Of a stretch of DNA of 64,000 nucleotides, positions 11,001 to 25,141 are shown piece by piece. Under the pieces are notes generated by a model that saw nothing but the letters and a program-made list of their open reading frames with translations, was not told the origin of the DNA and did no database searches. The translations under genes and the position numbers were made by a program. Each line of letters begins with the position of its first letter. Within the stretch, counting starts at the first letter, position 1. The stretch comes from Spirochaetota bacterium (GTDB lineage: Bacteria; Spirochaetota; UBA4802; UBA5550): contig CAXXHB010000003.1 in NCBI GenBank assembly GCA_963664815.2, positions 3,264,001 through 3,328,000 on the forward strand, written 5' to 3'.

Positions 11001-11858
11001 ATGAAATATCTTCTGGATAATGGTGTTCTGACAGAGGTTAACGCTTTTTCAGAACTGTCAAAAGGAACTATAGTCCGCAGAGTTAGCGGCAGCAAGGATC
11101 AACAGGGTATATTTTTCGGCGAAGATGATTCCGGCGGCATTATCCTTGTAAATGTTATCAACATGCTTGATATCTCTTTTGAAACAGAAGCAGGGATACT
11201 TCGACCATCCCAAACAGATAAGCTTTACCGCTATACAACGTCTTTTGGTAATGATCGAGTCTCTGAAAATGCACGGGAAATTCTGCAATCATGGTCGCTC
11301 TACTCGAAATATCCGAAACAGCAAAAAGCAATAATGTATTTTATGGAAACAGGATACGCCCCTGAACAGATTATCGACCTGGCGAAAACAGATAACCTTA
11401 AATTTCTTTTTGTACCTGTACAGCAGCGATTTAAGATAGGTAAATTTGAGGAAAAGATCAACTGGTCCCTTGAGCGAAAACAACGCTTTGGACGACATCT
11501 TGATGGTATGAGAAAAGGGGATCACATTACCTATGTCGCATTCATTCCTCAGAAAAAAACCGAAACCCCGCTGTTTTATTCAATCGGTACAAAGCCCCAT
11601 GAAAGCACTGTCCTGAGTCTGGGTAGTGAGCCCTTCAACTTTAAACCAGACAAGGGGGGCCATATACAATGTCATGATGATACTTCAGAACAGAAAATAT
11701 TTATTGTTGATGCAGGATCTGAATATATAGGAAAAGGGCACAAAACATCGATCGACACGGCTAAGGAAATAACCAAAGCTCTAAGTTCGATATACAAGAA
11801 ATATGAGTTTATTCCCGTACAGGGACGTGGTGCTGTTAATGTAAAACAGAGCTATTGA
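11001..11858 (+). CDS. Hypothetical protein; C-terminal part resembles the Janus/PHPT1 fold
   Basis: Long ORF; ATG 11001 preceded by GGAG; see finding. Confidence 0.75.
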   Translation: MKYLLDNGVLTEVNAFSELSKGTIVRRVSGSKDQQGIFFGEDDSGGIILVNVINMLDISFETEAGILRPSQTDKLYRYTTSFGNDRVSENAREILQSWSLYSKYPKQQKAIMYFMETGYAPEQIIDLAKTDNLKFLFVPVQQRFKIGKFEEKINWSLERKQRFGRHLDGMRKGDHITYVAFIPQKKTETPLFYSIGTKPHESTVLSLGSEPFNFKPDKGGHIQCHDDTSEQKIFIVDAGSEYIGKGHKTSIDTAKEITKALSSIYKKYEFIPVQGRGAVNVKQSY

Positions 11859-12101
11859 GCAATTTATCCCATGAAAAAATATCCCAATTGAACGCAGATT
11901 CTTCTTATCTAATATGACTAGTATTAGTCGCGTTCGATATATCACAGTAAGAAATATAAAAATCGATGAACACTTTTGTTCAGATAAAATGTAATTAATT
12001 TATATAAAAATGTCATCATTACGTATATCATAAAACAGATTTTCCCTGGAACATAAAGATCATTATCTGTTTTTAGTAGATTTTACGGTTTAAAAGCAAA
12101 T

Positions 12102-12132
12102 AAAAAACCCTCTGCGCTGCAGAGGGTTTTTT
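12102..12132 (-). terminator. Intrinsic terminator of the rrn operon (bidirectional form)
   Basis: AAAAAACCCTCTGC-GCT-GCAGAGGGTTTTTT perfect hairpin with A/T tracts, 8 nt past the 23S end. Confidence 0.9.
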
Positions 12133-12140
12133 AATAATAT

Positions 12141-15145
<3,005 letters not shown>

Positions 15146-15342
15146 ATATTATTTTTTCTGCTATCGTAAACGTACGATAGCAGAATCGCTCGATCAATTT
15201 TCAACTCGATTACTATTGTATTGTTAAGTTAAATGAGACTTTCATTTTAGACTTAACCGTTTTAAAAGATCCGGGCCGGTTAAAGGCCCTATTTAAGATC
15301 AGAAAGCTTTTCTGATTTTAAGCAGGACATTTATCCGGCATT

Positions 15343-15415
15343 TGGAGGTGAACGGGATCGAACCGATGACCCTCTGCGTGCAAGGCAGATGCTCTCCCAG
15401 CTGAGCTACACCCCC
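15343..15415 (-). tRNA. tRNA-Ala(TGC), CCA not encoded
   Basis: GGGGGTGTAGCTCAGCTGGGAGAGCATCTGCCTTGCACGCAGAGGGTCATCGGTTCGATCCCGTTCACCTCCA. Confidence 0.97.
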
Positions 15416-15435
15416 AAGATATTTTTCATATCAAT

Positions 15436-15509
15436 TGGGCCTGAGTGGAGTCGAACCACCTACCTAACGATTATCAGTCGTTCGCTCTAACCATCTGAGC
15501 TACAGGCCC
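15436..15509 (-). tRNA. tRNA-Ile(GAT), CCA not encoded
   Basis: GGGCCTGTAGCTCAGATGGTTAGAGCGAACGACTGATAATCGTTAGGTAGGTGGTTCGACTCCACTCAGGCCCA. Confidence 0.97.
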
Positions 15510-15600
15510 TGTTTCTTATATTTATACTAAGATAAAGGCCTTTTCAGGGTTTACTATTTCAAAACTGAGTAGTATTTTGACTGTTATTATCTATCCTTAT

Positions 15601-17150
<1,550 letters not shown>

Positions 17151-17221
17151 ATTTATTTTCATAGAAAATCATTTTCAAAACTTAACTTCTAGCTTTCTTG
17201 TAAGCTTTACTTCTTTTGTCT

Positions 17222-17247
17222 AATACTACTCAGTTTTCAAAGAGCAA
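17222..17247 (-). promoter_or_regulatory. rrn leader boxA and 16S processing-stem arm
   Basis: TGCTCTTTGAAAACTGAGTAGTATT on minus strand; its AAAACTGAGTAGTATT pairs with a complementary copy at ~15561-15576 in the spacer. Confidence 0.75.
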
Positions 17248-17382
17248 ACCCGATGGTTCTAAATGAGCAAAAAAAATCTCCAACTATACCCTCTCAGGCT
17301 CCATGGAGATTCCGACACTTTACTAATCTCTTAGTAGTTTTCAGATTCTTACTCTGGCAAGCTATTCGCTTACCGTGATTTC

Positions 17383-17411
17383 AAATTATGCAACCACCCT
17401 TTTCCCGTCAA
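17383..17411 (-). promoter_or_regulatory. Candidate sigma70 rrn promoter; a second TTGACA at 17542-17547
   Basis: TTGACG-N17-TAATTT on minus strand with A-rich UP-like tract upstream. Confidence 0.5.
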
Positions 17412-17637
17412 GCTTTTTGTCAGTATTTTATAAATTTTTTGTAAAACAAAAAATTTTCTCTACCTTCTCACCTACCGGTACTCCACATCAGCAAAGTCTC
17501 CCTCACCAACAAAAATGACCATAGTTTTCTACTCACACTTCTGTCAACGTAATTTTTTTACTAACTTAATTTTTTTTAAAATAAAACGGAGCATCTGTTA
17601 AAAACAGATTTCAGCAGTATGAAGACCCTGTTAAAAA

Positions 17638-17727
17638 CCGTTTCAATACCGTTTCAACTCCGTTTAAGACAGAGTAAAACGTGCGTTTATAACTGTCGGT
17701 AAGGTGGTTGAGGCGGAATTGAAGCGG
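17638..17727 (+). repeat. Inverted array of 11-bp repeats forming a long hairpin
   Basis: CCGTTTCAATA/CCGTTTCAACT/CCGTTTAAGAC followed by inverted copies TTGAGGCGGAA/TTGAAGCGGAA. Confidence 0.65.
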
Positions 17728-17990
17728 AATTGACTTTTCTGTAAATAGATTCGGACTTTATCGTAAATTTGCCGTGGCATTTATCATAAACCTGTTAATA
17801 CCCAATGTAGTGTACGTCAGTGAACAATACTTCTATCCGCAGGAAATCCCGACAATCCTGTAATTCTGTTCAGGATTACAGATATAACAGGTTTAATAAT
17901 AAACTTATATCTGAAAAATATTTTATACCTATAAAAAATTGATCTTTAATATACTGAATCAAATAATCTCTTCTCAACGATAATTATATT

Positions 17991-18026
17991 AATAAAGCCC
18001 GAACAGGTAAAAATCCGGGCTTTATT
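17991..18026 (-). terminator. Intrinsic terminator after ECF sigma gene
   Basis: AATAAAGCCCG...CGGGCTTTATT inverted repeat. Confidence 0.7.
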
Positions 18027-18057
18027 TTAGTACATCTACTATATATCATATCACTAT

Positions 18058-18651
18058 TTAAAGAAAGTGCTTCAGCTTCTCTCTTAATTCATAAAATATT
18101 TCATTTTCGATTTTTTTTATCTTGTAAGGTGGTATATTTTCCTCCGCAGATACCTGACGTCTGGTTTTGTTCTCAATAATTCTGGAAATGAACACTTTTT
18201 TGTTTATTTCAGAATATTTTTCGAGAACGTCATTCACTGTAGATAAAATTTCACCATCAATAAAACTGTCCTCAAGGCTCGAATAAAAGTTGTCATTTAA
18301 TTCCTTTATTTCTGGAATCATTCTCTTATTTCTTCCCTCTTCTCTTGCTGATTTACGCGCATTATCAATTGCAATATTTCTGGCGGCTTTTTTTATATAA
18401 TTACGGAATTTTTCTCCGGTTATTTCACTGTTTCGTGAATTATAAATTCTTATAAAAATATCCTGAGTCAAATCTTCTGCAACATCAAAATCATGCACAA
18501 GTAAAAGAAGATACTTTAAAAGATAAATATGGTACTTATCGTAAACCTCAACAAATGCTTCATCAAATGTATTGTAAATTTTTTTCAATAAAAACACCCC
18601 CTTGCTGATAAAATGACGCTTCATAGTCATTACAACGGCACAATGGAGCAA
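18058..18651 (-). CDS. ECF-family RNA polymerase sigma factor (true start probably ~18588-18597)
   Basis: Region 2 motifs AEDLTQDIFIRIY and YIKKAARNIAIDNARK; C-terminal HTH. Confidence 0.85.
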   Translation of the reverse strand: MLHCAVVMTMKRHFISKGVFLLKKIYNTFDEAFVEVYDKYHIYLLKYLLLLVHDFDVAEDLTQDIFIRIYNSRNSEITGEKFRNYIKKAARNIAIDNARKSAREEGRNKRMIPEIKELNDNFYSSLEDSFIDGEILSTVNDVLEKYSEINKKVFISRIIENKTRRQVSAEENIPPYKIKKIENEIFYELREKLKHFL

Positions 18652-18845
18652 TATTTAAAAAAATTTTTTTATAATTAATATTTTTTAAATATTATGCAAA
18701 TTTGATCCAAATTAAATTTCCAGGACAAACCGTCAACATTACAAAAGATGGGTTTTATGTGATTTTATGATTGAAGAAAATTCCAGCTGGTTTTCTTTAT
18801 AATATTAATATGCAGACGGCCTAATTATACTTACAGGAAATCAGA

Positions 18846-19571
18846 ATGAAAAAAATAAAAGTAATACTATATCAGAAATCTTTAGGAATACCGATTACAA
18901 AAGCTGATATTAAAGAAATGAAAGATTATTCACCTCATTTTATATGTTTTCCTGAATATTTTTTTGTAAATCAGAAGCTTGGAAATCATGGACAGAGTAT
19001 CCACAACCAGAATCTCCAGATCAGGAGAATTCAGCTGTTATCAGAAAAACTTAATACAGTAGTTATAGGTGGCACAATGCCGGAACTGGCGGACAATGTA
19101 ATGTATAATACAACTTATATTTTCCACAACGGTATTGAAGTCGGTTCATACCGGAAGAAAAATCTTTTTTTCGCTGAAGTCGGTAAAATTATTCCGGGGG
19201 ATAAACTTAAAGTTTTCAGTGCCTATGGCTTCAATTTCGGAGTGCTTATCTGTGCCGACGTTTTTCATGACGAAAGCTTTACATTCATGAAAGAACATAA
19301 TGCTAAAATTATTTTCTCTCCCACATTTTCTCTTATAAAGCAGGATGAAACTGTTGATGAAAAGTACAAAAGAGACAGGGAAATCTATGTCAGGGGAGCG
19401 GGCATTTCCAATTCTATTATCGTCAAGGTCTGCGGCGTAAGGTCGGATTATAAAACATTCCTGCAGGCACGCAGTCTGATTGCCGATAAAAATGATGTTC
19501 TCTTCAGGGTTAATCCGGAAGATGAACACACTCAAATAATTATTAAAAGTGAGATAACAATCGATGACTGA
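18846..19571 (+). CDS. Carbon-nitrogen hydrolase (nitrilase superfamily)
   Basis: Catalytic triad motifs CFPEY, YRKKNL, GVLICAD. Confidence 0.9.
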   Translation: MKKIKVILYQKSLGIPITKADIKEMKDYSPHFICFPEYFFVNQKLGNHGQSIHNQNLQIRRIQLLSEKLNTVVIGGTMPELADNVMYNTTYIFHNGIEVGSYRKKNLFFAEVGKIIPGDKLKVFSAYGFNFGVLICADVFHDESFTFMKEHNAKIIFSPTFSLIKQDETVDEKYKRDREIYVRGAGISNSIIVKVCGVRSDYKTFLQARSLIADKNDVLFRVNPEDEHTQIIIKSEITIDD

Positions 19572-20076
19572 TACCAATTTACAATGCATGAGATGCGGCT
19601 CTTCATCAGACAACAAAAGCAGGTACTGTTGCAGGTGTGGAGCCAATTTAAACTTTCAGAGAAAGATTTCCGTCAGAAAAGTAAAGATAATCTGGAGATG
19701 GGTTCTCTTTTCACTGATAGCAATAATGATATTCGACTATATTTTCGCTTCTGCTGCCGGACAGTTATATTTACTTGTTAAAGGTACAGAGTTTACAGCG
19801 CTTGAGACCGGAGTTGTTGTGTCATCATTAGGTTCTCTTACAGGTATCTTTTGTGGAACCCTCTTCTCATCATACATGTCCCCTGGAATTTCAATAAAAG
19901 AACCTATGCTGGGTGCTGCTGTCGAAATAATTATATCACAGGTTATTTTGCTTTTCATTGCCGGCGCTTTCAGTGCTTTAATCATTGTAAGGATTACCAT
20001 CATAACAGCTATAGCCTTTTGCGGGGCAAAAGCCGGTGAGATGTTTCAGAAAAGAAATTACAAATCTGAACTATAA
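19564..20076 (+). CDS. Zinc-ribbon membrane protein
   Basis: CxxCG...YCxxCG N-terminus then ~4 TM helices; overlaps upstream gene by 8 nt. Confidence 0.75.
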   Translation: MTDTNLQCMRCGSSSDNKSRYCCRCGANLNFQRKISVRKVKIIWRWVLFSLIAIMIFDYIFASAAGQLYLLVKGTEFTALETGVVVSSLGSLTGIFCGTLFSSYMSPGISIKEPMLGAAVEIIISQVILLFIAGAFSALIIVRITIITAIAFCGAKAGEMFQKRNYKSEL

Positions 20077-20303
20077 TACTGATCAGGATATTGTTACATA
20101 AAACACCTAACCGAAGTTAGTAATTGCTGTGCAGAACGCCTCAGCAATGGCGATACATTCTTTTTTGCTCTATAATAAATCAGGTTCCACTATATATAGT
20201 TTAATTATATAATAGTATAAACAAATTATAAATTTTAAATTGACATTGATGCCTTTTCTTTATCATGTACTTACGTCGGTTTATCTGTTCGGTGGGGGAA
20301 TAT

Positions 20304-22103
20304 ATGTTCTTGAGAAATTTATTTTACGGTGTACGCGGAACTGTTATTAAATCAATGACAATAATTTCGCTTCCGCCTCTATTAATAACCACTATTGTAC
20401 TTTTTCTTTTTATTAATAATTATTCAAACAGGCTAACTGAGACGTCGCTTCATAAAAGCGTAAAGTTTGCTCTACTCTTAAACGAAGTAATTAATGACGA
20501 TACAAAAATACTTGATATTTTACAACATAATGCTGTAACAGGCGGCGGTTTCTTTTTTGTAATGAATGAAAATGGCATGTATCTTTCTCATCCGCAAAAG
20601 AAGGGTGAAACAGATTCAGCCCTGCTTCAATCCATGAAAGACGAAGCTCCTTTTTTTACCTTTACATCATCCGATGGTAACAAATATCTTATATATAAAG
20701 AGTTTATTGCAGTAAAGAAATTATATATTGCAGCAGGTATAAACAAAAATGAAAGCATGATGCTCCAGAAAAGTTTCGGCGTTCTTCTTTTAATACTTAT
20801 TATCGTTGCACCGTTAATTATTCTCATGATAAGCACATTTATAGCAAAATATATAAAAAAACCGCTTAACCAGATTATTGAAACAGCATCTCTCGTAAGC
20901 CAGGGACATCTCGATAAATTCATAATTCAGAGACATTACAGAAAGTGTACATCAGTCCAGGACTGTAAAAAGACAGATTGCCCGGCTTACAAAACATCCA
21001 ACCTCGCATGCTGGGGTATTGATGATACAACCTGCTTCGACGGCATGAAGGGGCTTTCAAAGAAGGAAAAAATTGATCAATTCTGCTGCAAATGCAAAGT
21101 TTATCAGAACAGTATCCGTGGTGAATATGATGAACTTATCGAGGCCGTGAACAAAATGATTGTTACCACTCAACGCGTCGTAACATCGATAAAAGAAATA
21201 TCGGGTGATCTTGGTACAGAAGCGAAAAGTCTTTCTGTCACAAGCCAAAAGCTTGAGATTCAGATGCAAAATCAGGCAGGTTATATTGAAGAAACAACTT
21301 CATCCAATGAAGAACTTGCCGCTTCAATAGACAGTATCGCCGACGCTGCGAAAAACCAGGCAAACAGAATGAAAAACGCAAGCGAAGCTATGGAGATGCT
21401 ATCAGAATCCTCATCCGGTGTGAGCAAAAAAGCTGCCGATGTAAGTAAAAAAACCGAAATTGCCGTTGATAACGCCAATGAAACAAAATCGATACTTGAT
21501 ACAACAACATCAAAAATAAATCAGATATCTGAAAACTCACAGAAAATAGTGGAAATTGTCCAGATAATAAACGATATCTCCGATCAGATAAATCTCCTCT
21601 CACTAAACGCATCAATTGAGGCTGCACGTGCCGGAGAACATGGCAGAGGTTTTGCTATTGTCGCGCAGGAAATTTCCAAACTTGCAGATGCAACAGCGGC
21701 GAGTACAAAGGAGATAGAAACCACAATTCAGCAGACACGCTCAGACGTAAATGAGGGTGCGACACTTGTTAATACGACAAATAACGCCATTGTACAGGTT
21801 ATGAATAATATTAAAAACACCGCGCTGCTGATGAAAGAAATTGCGGTATCCTCTGAAGAGCAAAGGAAAGGAAACCAGGCTGTTCTTAATGATATTGAAA
21901 CAATAAACCAGATGTCTACAGTGATTGCCGAAACTACAGCCGAACAGAAAAATAACAGTAATGAAATACTCAAGGCTCTCTCAAATATAAATGAAACAAT
22001 CCAGATAATCACAACTTCAACTGAGTATCTTCATAAATCAGCTGAAGAACTGAAGGAAAAATCAGAGAAACTGAACGGAATAACCGATTATTTTACAGTT
22101 TAA
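20304..22103 (+). CDS. Methyl-accepting chemotaxis protein (Cache-like sensor, HAMP with Cys-rich insert)
   Basis: Two TMs, [15 protein letters not shown] Cache motif, [37 protein letters not shown] hairpin. Confidence 0.95.
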   Translation: MFLRNLFYGVRGTVIKSMTIISLPPLLITTIVLFLFINNYSNRLTETSLHKSVKFALLLNEVINDDTKILDILQHNAVTGGGFFFVMNENGMYLSHPQKKGETDSALLQSMKDEAPFFTFTSSDGNKYLIYKEFIAVKKLYIAAGINKNESMMLQKSFGVLLLILIIVAPLIILMISTFIAKYIKKPLNQIIETASLVSQGHLDKFIIQRHYRKCTSVQDCKKTDCPAYKTSNLACWGIDDTTCFDGMKGLSKKEKIDQFCCKCKVYQNSIRGEYDELIEAVNKMIVTTQRVVTSIKEISGDLGTEAKSLSVTSQKLEIQMQNQAGYIEETTSSNEELAASIDSIADAAKNQANRMKNASEAMEMLSESSSGVSKKAADVSKKTEIAVDNANETKSILDTTTSKINQISENSQKIVEIVQIINDISDQINLLSLNASIEAARAGEHGRGFAIVAQEISKLADATAASTKEIETTIQQTRSDVNEGATLVNTTNNAIVQVMNNIKNTALLMKEIAVSSEEQRKGNQAVLNDIETINQMSTVIAETTAEQKNNSNEILKALSNINETIQIITTSTEYLHKSAEELKEKSEKLNGITDYFTV

Positions 22104-22263
22104 ATGAAATGTAATTAAACCATATAATTATCATTAGCCGGTTGCCGGTATTTTAAAGTTCTCCCCACGTGCATTTAGAAGCTTTAATTGAATTTTTATT
22201 GATTTATTTTACCCTCTCCTGAAGCTTATCTCCATAATCTGTAAATGTTATGAGGTTCGCATT

Positions 22264-23538
22264 ATGAAAAAAATTGTAACCATAGGTCTAATCGGTTTTG
22301 GCACAATAGGTAAAGGTGTCTATAAATTAATAAGAGATAATAAAGGAACTATCGCCCTTAAATCGGGTATTGAACTTAAGATTAAAACAATCTGCGACCT
22401 GAATCTTTCTGAGATCAGCAATCTGGATTCAGAAATTTCTTGTACCAATAAATGGAACGATGTAACAGAAGATAGTGAAATTGATATAGTTGTTGAAGTA
22501 ATCGGCGGGATAAGTCCTGCCAGAGAAATTATTATTGATTCACTTCACAAGGGCAAAAATGTAGTCACTGCAAATAAAAAACTCCTTGCTGAAGATGGAG
22601 TCTCCCTTCTTGAAGCCGTTGCAGAAACAGGAAACTCCATAGGATTCGAAGCCGCTGTAGGAGGCGGTATTCCATGCATACTCTCTCTGAAAAACGGCAT
22701 GGTGGGTAATCACATTAAATCAATAGTCGGCATACTAAATGGAACTACAAACTATATCCTTACACGCATGGGAGATGAAGGGATTACATTTAACGATGCG
22801 TTGAAAGACGCCCAGAAAAGGGGGTTTGCTGAGACAGATCCCACATTTGACATTGAGGGATATGATGCCGGTCATAAAATTTCCATTCTTGCCATGCTTT
22901 CATACGGCAAATCGATAGACTTTGAGACAGTACCTGTCGAAGGAATTTCAAATATAAGCCCTTTTGATATATCATACGCCAGGGACATGGGCTATATCAT
23001 CAAACTGCTTGGAATAGCCAAGTTTAAAAACAAGACTCTTGATATAAGAGTACACCCGACAATGATTCCAAAAGACCATGCACTGGCTTCTGTGAGAAAC
23101 GAGTTCAATTCAATCATGCTTGAAGGTGATATGGCAGGCGCTATCATCCTTAACGGGAGAGGGGCGGGAAGTTTACCCACTGCGTCTGCTATAGTAAGTG
23201 ATATTGTACAACTTTCACGGAAAGATGAGTATCATGGAAAACTCTCAGGAAAAGCTGCATTGATGTCTCCTGAAGAGAGGGTTTCCAGATATTACCTGAG
23301 ACTTCAGACTGAGGACAGTCCTGGAATACTGTCGCAGATATCCGGTGTTCTCGGTAAACATGATATATCAATAGCTTCAGTAATGCAAAAAGAAGTAAAC
23401 GAAGGATATGTTCCGCTAATTATTGTTACACACGAAGCTATTGAGAGTAACATGCTTAAATGTATTGACGAGATTGGATGTTTTTCTTTTATAAAAGAAA
23501 AAGTAATTATGATTCGTGTTGAAGATTTTAAAAATTAG
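22264..23538 (+). CDS. hom: Homoserine dehydrogenase with C-terminal ACT domain
   Basis: GFGTIG, VVTANK, FEAAVGGGIP, GILNGTTNYIL, DIEGYDA, DSPGIL. Confidence 0.96.
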   Translation: MKKIVTIGLIGFGTIGKGVYKLIRDNKGTIALKSGIELKIKTICDLNLSEISNLDSEISCTNKWNDVTEDSEIDIVVEVIGGISPAREIIIDSLHKGKNVVTANKKLLAEDGVSLLEAVAETGNSIGFEAAVGGGIPCILSLKNGMVGNHIKSIVGILNGTTNYILTRMGDEGITFNDALKDAQKRGFAETDPTFDIEGYDAGHKISILAMLSYGKSIDFETVPVEGISNISPFDISYARDMGYIIKLLGIAKFKNKTLDIRVHPTMIPKDHALASVRNEFNSIMLEGDMAGAIILNGRGAGSLPTASAIVSDIVQLSRKDEYHGKLSGKAALMSPEERVSRYYLRLQTEDSPGILSQISGVLGKHDISIASVMQKEVNEGYVPLIIVTHEAIESNMLKCIDEIGCFSFIKEKVIMIRVEDFKN

Positions 23539-23727
23539 TTTATTATGAATAATAACGGATAACAGTAAGTTTCAGTCATTTCGAAGGATCTGCTGAGTAT
23601 AATTTTTACCATAGATTAAGCGACTGAGAAATTTTTTTAAAATTTAAAATTTCTCACCCGAAAAATTGAAGCGGGTTCGAAATGTCACTTATAAATGATG
23701 TTTCGTTAACAGATACAGGAGAGATTT

Positions 23728-25068
23728 ATGCAGGAATATAAAGCTGAGTTTAAATGCATCGCAGGATGCGATGAAATATACCCTCTCGATGAAATTGTTT
23801 ATAAATGCAAAAAATGCGGCAACCTCCTTGAAGTACACCATAATATGGATAAGCTTGGAGAAACTTCCGCTGAAGAATGGAAGAACCTCTTCAGCGGAAG
23901 GATCGGCACCAACAGGTGGCCCTACGGCAGCGGCGTATGGAGTAAAAAAGAATGGGTTGTGCCGCAGATAAACAATGAAAACATTGTCTCCATGTACGAA
24001 GGGAACACGAACATGTTCTGGGCTAAACGCTTCGGTGCCATGTTTGGAATGGACGATCTATGGATTAAGATGTGTGGTAACAGCCATACCGGTTCCTTTA
24101 AGGATCTTGGAATGACTGTACTTGTCTCAATGGTAAACGACATGATCAGCAGCGGTAAAAAGATAAAAGCTGTGGCATGCGCTTCAACCGGGGATACATC
24201 CGCCGCACTTGCGGCATATGCGGCTTATGCGGGAATACCGTCTATTGTCTTCCTTCCAAGGAATAAAATATCAACCGCCCAGCTTGTTCAACCGATGTCC
24301 AACAACTCTATTGTTATCTCCCTTGATACCGACTTCGACGGATGCATGAAAATTGTCCAGGAAATAACAAAGGATAACAGCATATACCTTGCGAATTCAA
24401 TGAACTCACTTCGCATAGAGGGCCAGAAAACAATATCTGTTGAGATGACACAGCAGTTTGACTGGGAAGTTCCGGATGTCGTGATTATCCCGGGCGGAAA
24501 TCTGGGTAATGTCTCTGCTCTTGGAAGCGGATTCGAAATGATGCTCCAGCTCGGGCTCATTAATAAAAAGCCGCGGCTTGTTCTTGCACAGGCTGAAAAT
24601 GCAAATCCGCTGTATTTGTCGTATCTTAAAAATTTTGAGGAATTTCAACCTGTAACTCCGAAGAAAACCCTTGCATCGGCAATACAGATCGGTGATCCCG
24701 TCTCCGTGCAGAAAGCTATTAAGACACTGAAGAACTTTGACGGTATAGTTGAGCAGGCGAGTGAAGAGGAACTCTCCGAGGCTTCCGCACTCGCCGACAG
24801 AACAGGTATGTATAGTTGCCCGCATACCGGAGTTGCACTTGCTGCATTTATTAAACTGCTGGAAAAACAGAAAATCTCAAAGAAAGACAGGGTAATTATA
24901 GTTTCTACTGCACATGGGCTTAAGTTCTCCGAATTTAAAGTAGGATACCACGAAAAAACCCTTCCGGGAATAAAATCTGTTCATGCGAATGAACCTGTTA
25001 ACGTCAAAGCCGATGCAGGCATTGTACGTGAAGTCCTGGAGAAGGAACTTGCTGTGAGATTAAGGTAA
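23728..25068 (+). CDS. thrC: Threonine synthase (plant-like subfamily)
   Basis: [13 protein letters not shown] lysine, [24 protein letters not shown]. Confidence 0.96.
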   Translation: MQEYKAEFKCIAGCDEIYPLDEIVYKCKKCGNLLEVHHNMDKLGETSAEEWKNLFSGRIGTNRWPYGSGVWSKKEWVVPQINNENIVSMYEGNTNMFWAKRFGAMFGMDDLWIKMCGNSHTGSFKDLGMTVLVSMVNDMISSGKKIKAVACASTGDTSAALAAYAAYAGIPSIVFLPRNKISTAQLVQPMSNNSIVISLDTDFDGCMKIVQEITKDNSIYLANSMNSLRIEGQKTISVEMTQQFDWEVPDVVIIPGGNLGNVSALGSGFEMMLQLGLINKKPRLVLAQAENANPLYLSYLKNFEEFQPVTPKKTLASAIQIGDPVSVQKAIKTLKNFDGIVEQASEEELSEASALADRTGMYSCPHTGVALAAFIKLLEKQKISKKDRVIIVSTAHGLKFSEFKVGYHEKTLPGIKSVHANEPVNVKADAGIVREVLEKELAVRLR

Positions 25069-25141
25069 ATTGGCAAACTGTTTATTCACCTTCATCCATC
25101 GCCGGCTCACCACATTCTCCGGAAAAGCGGGGGGTGGTATA

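Noticed and set aside
17638-17670. GTTTCAA repeats resembling a CRISPR repeat start
   Set aside because: Period is 11 bp with no spacers and no cas genes in the window
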